Source: Lama glama
Taxonomy: Eukaryota
Direction: 5' to 3'
Length of the DNA stretch: 64,000 bases
Assembly (NCBI GenBank): GCA_028534125.1
Contig: CM052817.1
Coordinates: 16,866,001-16,930,000 of the forward strand
This document shows, piece by piece, positions 57,522-64,000 of the stretch; positions within the stretch are counted from its first letter, which is position 1, and each line of letters starts with the position of its first letter. Below the pieces are notes generated by a model. The model was not told the DNA's origin. It ran no database searches and worked only from the letters and a program-made list of their open reading frames with translations. The translations under genes and the position numbers were made by a program.

Positions 57522-58296
57522 ATGGCCAACAGACATGTGAAAAGATGCTCAACATTGCTAATCATTGGGGAAATCCAAATCAAAACCACCATGAGATATC
57601 ACCTCTTGCCTGTCAGAATGGCTATCATCAAAAAGAACACAAATAACAAATGTGGAGAAAAGGAAGCTCTTTTCACTGTTAGTGGGAATGTAAATCAGTG
57701 CAGCCACTGTGGAAAACAGTATGGAGGTTTCATAAAAGACTAAAAATAGAACTACCATATGACTCAGCAATTCCACCCCTGGGTATATATCCAAAAAAAA
57801 CCCCCACTAATTCAAAAAGATACATGCACCCCAGTGTTCATAGCACTTTTATTTAGAATTGCCAAGATATGGAAGCAACCTAGGTGTCCATCAACTAATG
57901 AATGGATAAAGAAGATGTGGTAGATTAGGCAGTGGAATACTACTAAGTCATAAAAAGAATGAAATTTTGCCATTTGCAGCAACATGGATGGACTTGGAGG
58001 GCATTATGCTAAGTGAAATAAGACAAATACTGTGTGATATCACTTATATGTGGAATCTAAAAATACAACACACTACTGAATATAACAAAAAAGAAGCAAG
58101 TTCACAGATAGAGTAAACTAGTAGTTACCAATGGGGAGAGGGTATAAGGATATATTGTACAACATGGAGAATATAGCCAATATTTTATAATAACTATAAA
58201 TGGAGTATAACCTTTAAAAATGTGAATCACTATATTGTACACTTACAACTTATATAATATTGTACACAACTATACATCAATAAAAACATTTTTAAA
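57522..58296 (+). mobile_element. 5'-truncated L1 (ORF2 C-terminus and 3' UTR) inserted in a MIR
   Basis: [38 protein letters not shown] matches the L1 ORF2 C-terminal domain; AATAAA and A tail; aagaat on both flanks. Confidence 0.9.
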
Positions 58297-58699
58297 AAGA
58301 ATACTTACTTTTTAATGGGATAAATCAATCAGTAAATAGTAGCATTCCATAAATAATAGCAATTGAGATTATTTACTGGATATGTCACAGGAATGCAAAG
58401 ATGAGCAAGCCGCAATCAAAACCCTTTAGAAATATCTAATCTCATAAGAGAGGATGCAACCTGTATATAAGTAACCATAAGCGTCTGAATGAGATATGCC
58501 ATATAACCCAAGATCCCATCCAACTTAGACAAGAAGCTTAAGGAGGACGTACCATTTGAAAGTGGACCAAGTCTCTGTGCAAAGATAAGTAGAAAGCGTG
58601 TTCCAGGAGGAGGACAGTAAAAGAGTAATAGTGTTAGAGATAAACATTAGCCTGATAGGCCTTTCAGTGGGTAGCAGGGTGGACCTTAAAGGCCAACTT

Positions 58700-59180
58700 G
58701 AACTTGAATAGTCAGATTGCAAAGGCAGCCACAGGTGCTTCCCCCACCAGCATCCACGACTTAGGTAATTCTATCCCGCACTGACACTGGATTTGGTCAT
58801 TACAACTTGCTTTGACCAATGGGCTGGATGGTAGCAAATGTGGTTCAGATGGAGGCACGATAAGAGCTTGCGCATTTGGGCTGACCCATGCTGCACACGC
58901 AATCTTTCCGCCACCATGTGAACAAATCTTTTGCCAGTTGGATGATGATGAGAAAGATGTAATCCAATTCCCTCCACTGCCCAAGTCAACAGTGAGCACT
59001 GCCAGGGGAAAAGCAGCCTAGTCCCCCGCAGCTGGCCAGAGATCTAAGCATGAGTTCAGTCAACACTAGCAAAAGAGTCACTCAGCTGGGCCCAAGCCAA
59101 AGAACTGTGAGCAAAATAACGCTTGTTGTTTTAAGCCACTGCACTTGGCCTGATTTGTTAAGTAGCAAAAGTCTGCTGAT
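58700..59180 (+). mobile_element. MLT1 (MaLR) LTR
   Basis: acttgctttgaccaatggg...agaactgtgagcaaaataacgcttgttgttttaagccactg. Confidence 0.7.
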
Positions 59181-59379
59181 AATGGGAGTCATTAAAAGGT
59201 AGGGGTAGGCGAATGATGTGAACAAATATGATATGCTATCCAGATAGATGTATACTTAGGAAATTGTAGGCATATCATAAATATTAGATTAAGCCAAATA
59301 ATTATTAATGTAAATTTCCTTCAAAATAAAGAAGTTGACGAATAATTACTGAGTGTGGAAGGCTCATGATATTCTACAC

Positions 59380-59545
59380 CCTTGCTACTCAAGGTGTTGT
59401 CTGTGGGCCAGAGGCATCAGCATTACCTGGAGCTTATTGGAAAAACATAATTTAGGCTCCACACCAGACCTATTGAATCAGAATATGAATTGCAACAACA
59501 TCCCCTGGAGATTCTCTGGCACTATGAAAATTTGAGAAGCACTAT
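59380..59545. mobile_element. MER5A-like MITE
   Basis: tgctactcaaggtgt...gcatcagcattacctggagcttatt...ccagacctattgaatcagaa...tttgagaagcact. Confidence 0.75.
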
Positions 59546-59738
59546 CCTATTCTGAAAATGCAAACTGAATCCACCTTGAGCATTCACCTAAACTTTCTTA
59601 TTCTGGTCAGATATTTTTACTTCTTTAAATGCTTTAATATACCTTCCTTCCTGCCTGCTCCTTACCATAGCTTTAGTTAAAGCAACCCCCACCCCTCCAA
59701 AAAAACCCACCTTTATCCTTTGAAGTTGTGTTCTCAAG

Positions 59739-59742
<4 letters not shown>

Positions 59743-59774
<32 letters not shown>
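59743..59774. repeat. (TG)n microsatellite
   Basis: About 16 TG units. Confidence 0.95.
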
Positions 59775-59778
<4 letters not shown>

Positions 59779-61576
59779 TTCTTGGGAACTTTGACTAGGG
59801 CCCAATAAATTAAACTGCTTTTCCCATCCAAGTTTTGAACCAATTGAGAAATAAGACAAAAGATGAGGCAGACAGAGGCCAAAATATCCTCCTTAACTCT
59901 GATAAAGTCTAGGTTAGAGGCACTACCAAATGGGTTCCTCTCCAGCATCCAGCATTAACCAGAGTAAACCATAATGAGTACTGGCCCAGGGCAGTCTCTC
60001 CAAAGAGAATGAAGAAGTCCTGGCTGGAGGGCGGGGTGGGAGTGAGTGAGGGGCTGGAGAATCACCTGTACAGAAAAGAAACACTGGGGATGGAGATAGG
60101 TATGTGTGTGGTGGTGCTGATAAGAGAGCTGTTTTCTATAACATGTGGACATCATAATTGCTTAGAAGTTTCTTAAGAGCCAAATTCTTTAGAAACGATC
60201 TTTAAGGATGTTTGATTGATGGTGTGATCTGTGAGAATGAATTAATGAAGATTATAATTTGTGACTTTTAAAAAATGGTAACAGAGTTTAGGCTGAATAG
60301 TGATGATAACAAGGAATATGTTTGAAAGATTAGGAATAAGAATAGTGCCAAAACTGAGGTGAAAGAAAAGCAATGTAGATTTGGGGAAGCAGGAATTTAT
60401 TTATGGAGATTGATATTTGGCCCAGGAGTGGAGAAAACAATCAATGACTTATATGTTGTGCCATACCTTGAGTTGCCCTAAGACACTATACTATTACTAT
60501 TACTAATTATCATGATAAGCTTGGTCAAGCTTATGTATTGAACTATAAGAGATGAACCTACTGTTCAGTACTGAACTATAAGAACAATATTTTATCTAAA
60601 CCTCTTATCAAATCAGCGAGGTCAGTATTTTTATTACCAGTGTTCGCATTTTGTGGATGAGGACATCAAGACTTAGAAATGTTAATAACTCATCCAAGGT
60701 CACACAGCTAGTAAATGGCAGAGCAAGGATTCAAACCCCCGTCACCAGTTTCTTCTTTCAACCTTGTCCCTTTTATCCTTGTTTTATGGTCATATAAATT
60801 TGTTACCTTCTTTTAAAATAACTTTTTATTATTTCTATCTCAAGTGCAATGCATTTTGGGTATATTTCTGAAAAATTAGAAAATACAGATTTAAAGAAAA
60901 AAAGAAAATAAGAATTGCCCGTAATTTTTGCAAAAGGGATAACCACTACTAAAATTGTGATATATATCCATCCAGTCTCTCCTCTGTGCACATGTTTACT
61001 GCTTTCATTGTTGTTTTACAAAAACGGGAACGTGTTATCAACATGTTTATTTACCTGCTTTCCATGCTTAACAATGCTTTGTAGACATTTTCCATGTCAT
61101 TCTAAATCATGTTTTCTTCTACAATACCATTTTGAGCATCGCATTTTATTCTGTTGTATGAATCCCTCATAACGTGTTTAGCCAACCTCCTATTACAGCT
61201 TAGTTAGATTGTTAAAATATGTTCATTATTATAAACAATTCTGTGATGAAAATTTTTATGGAATCATCTTTGCATTCATCCTTATTTCAGGCACTATTTT
61301 TGCCTACCCCAAAGCCATTTCTTCTCCTAGTTTTTCCTCCTAAGGAAATTTCTATTTTTAGAAGTTAGAAAAGAGGTGTCCTTTGATCTAAACAACTTTC
61401 CTCAATCCCTGTTACAGAGTTGAATGAGGTCATGTGACTGAGTTCTAACCAATGAGATGCAAGTGAAAGTGATCTGTGCTATTTCCTAATCAGAGTTTGA
61501 AGGGCTTCTTCCATTCCCTCTGTTCTCATCCTCTAGAGAGGTACAACTGCAACTATGCCACGGCCTAGAGGGCGGC

Positions 61577-62064
61577 TGTATTAGTCAGGGTTCTCCAGAG
61601 AAACCGGACTAATAGGATACGTATATAGAAAGAGCTTTACTATAAGGAATTGGCTCACATGATCCTGGAGGCTGAAAATTCTGAGATCTGCAGATGGCAA
61701 GCTGGAGATCTGGAAGAGCCAATAGTCCAGTTCTAGTCCAAGTCCAAAGGCCTAAGAACCAGGAGAGCTAATGTGTATCTGAGTCCATATCTGAGTCCAA
61801 AGACAGGAGAAGGCTGATGCCCTGACTCAAAGACAGTAAGGCAGAAAGAGTTCTTTCTTACTCAGCCTTTTATTTCGTTCAGGCCTTCAATGGATTAGAC
61901 GAGATCCAAATTCATTGGGGAGGACAAGCTGCTTTACTCAGCCTACTGATTCAAATATAATCTCATCCAGAACACCCTCACAGACACACCCAGAGATAAT
62001 GTTTAACCAAATCTCTGGGCACCCCATGACCCAGTCCAGTCAACACATAAAATTAACTGTCAAA
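61577..62064 (-). mobile_element. MLT2 (ERVL) solo LTR
   Basis: tgtattagtcagggttctccagagaa...ataaggaattggctcac...acacataaaattaac; 5-bp TSD GCGGC/GTGGC. Confidence 0.85.
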
Positions 62065-62409
62065 GTGGCAGAGAAGTGTGGGTCACTTGAAGAGGAGAAA
62101 TGCTTGTGAGACAGGAAAATCTTCCTTGAACTCTTCCGTGGGTAAAAAATAGATTTCTATGATGTTGGAGCCATTATGCAAATATTTCCGCTGTGACATA
62201 AGAGGCATTGCTGAAAAACCACACATTCAGCATAATTATACATTCAAAATAATGCTTTTAGGAATATTAGGATTATAGTCAGACTACTAAAAATTTACAC
62301 AACTTTTTAATGAGAGCACTAACAAAAACAGTAATTGGTACCTTGAGAGACAACTTGGACCGTCCAGGCAGGAAGCTCAGCATGGTTGGAAGTCTCTTCC
62401 AGGCTATTA

Positions 62410-62850
62410 AAATGCTATTAAAAATAATTGTGTGAAATTAGAGAGACAGAGAACAGATTAGCTATTGCTAGGGGTTAGAGATGGTGGCGGAAGAGGCTGG
62501 GCATGGCTGTGAAGGAGGAGCACAAGGGAGCCTTGTGGTGCTGAAACAGTTCTGTAGCTTAGATTTGGTACTAGTTATGCTGATCTTCACATGTGATCAA
62601 TTTGCCTGGATCTATACATACACACACACACACACACAATGCAGGTAAAAATGGTCAAATCTGAAGAAGCTCTATGAATTATACCAATGACCAATGTCGG
62701 TTTCCTGGCTTTGATATCGTACTACAGTCATGCAAGATGTTCCCATCGGGGAGACTGGGTGCAGGGTGTGTGGAACCTCCCTGTACACTTTTTTTTTGTG
62801 ATATTTCTGACAAATCTGTAATTATCCCCAAATCAAAATTTTTTTAAAAA
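62410..62850 (+). mobile_element. L1MC/MD-like 3' end with internal (CA)n
   Basis: agaacagattagctattgctagggg...ttataccaat...tgcaagatgttcccatcggggagactgggtg. Confidence 0.7.
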
Positions 62851-64000
62851 TTGGGCAAAAATGCCGTCTGTGGTTGTAGAAGTAATACAGATGGAAAGGA
62901 AGCTCTGAGCTGGGTGGGCTGCATCTGGGCCACCAGAGGAGGAGACACAGGCTGCCCTGAGCAGGATGGGGAGGATACCTGTCTGGAAAGGGAGCCCAAG
63001 ATATTGCATTTATTTTTATTTTCTTAACAAATATGTGAAAGAGTTCTTGCCTGTGTGTCAGCCAAGCTGAGGGCTTTTTCTATTCTCGTCAAGGGTTATA
63101 ATTCTACTGTCACTGTTCAAGCTCTTCTTCTTTCAAAGCATGTTAATGTTTTGGATTTGGTTTGTTTTCTCTCTTTGTTCCAGATCTATGTAGTCATTTA
63201 GAAAGATATACTTGACTGCACGTGGGACATTTGCAAAATATAAGCCGTAAAATATTTAAGGGACAGGCAGCTTCAAATCCTATGAACAGGCCTGCCCTTC
63301 GTGGAGATGTCCAGGCATATATTTCTAGGAACAGGCTTCTGTAGATTGTTGATGTCCTAGTGTGTAAAGGAATGCACAAGACTCAATCAGAACATAGTTG
63401 GTGACTGTAAAAGCCCTCAACTCAGAGGTCTTAACCATCAGTGCATAGGAATCACTAGGGGCATTTGCTTAAAATGCTGGTACCTGATCTCCTATTCCCA
63501 GAGTTTCTGAGTCCTTTGGTTGATGGATAAGGTCCAGGGATAGGCAGTATAACAAGCACCCCAGACAGTGTAGCTGCTGCCTGTCTGAGGATCTCTCTTT
63601 GAAAAACACAGACTTACATCCTCAACAAGGAGGAGGCTGGCCCACTAGCTTTTAAGTATTTAGCCAAGTTCCTGCTGAAATAGTGCAATTTGGCTGAACA
63701 GCGAGCTGTGGAAGAGATGAGTAGAGGCAATGCTTCAAAGACATGCTGAGCAAACTGAAAGCAAGTTAAAGCACCGTGACATTGCTTCCAATAGCCCCAG
63801 ATTGACAGCAGCTGACAGTTGTGCTGGTACCAGTGTCACCTCTGAATACAAAGAACATTGGATATTTTGACTTATTTCAGCAGGGATAAAATGTTAGGGA
63901 GGAAAATATTCCTCTAACTAGTTTCCTCCTCTGAAGCGTCAGTGTAGAATAATAATGCCTTATATTCATGCATCAGCTTTCCAATCACCAACTTATTCGA

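Overview
Mammalian genomic DNA, very likely camelid (alpaca/llama/camel), judged from tRNA-Ala-derived Vic-1-like SINEs. The window holds one complete protein-coding gene on the minus strand: SEPSECS (O-phosphoseryl-tRNA(Sec) selenium transferase, SepSecS/SLA-LP). I traced 11 coding exons (114, 155, 119, 159, 154, 103, 130, 92, 94, 91 and 304 nt). All introns are GT-AG, and the exons give a 1515-nt CDS (504 aa) from the ATG at 44268 to the TGA at 13195. A CpG-island promoter lies at about 43.95-44.55 kb and the 3' UTR runs about 3.9 kb to near 9.25 kb. The rest is mostly transposable elements: L1, L2, MIR, MaLR/ERVL LTRs, hAT/TcMar MITEs, a decayed ERV1 provirus (45.7-50.0 kb) and a young solo LTR nested in a MER41-like LTR. 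The most interesting leads concern SEPSECS regulation: a tandem UGA-UGA stop, a 3' UTR hairpin with a SECIS-like core but no AAR motif, a candidate in-frame 69-nt cassette exon next to the phosphate-binding loop, a uORF whose UGA overlaps the start codon, and an exonic CTCF-like motif. All are hypotheses and none is a demonstrated new system. Repeat family names and human comparisons come from recall, not from a database search, and most repeat boundaries are approximate.
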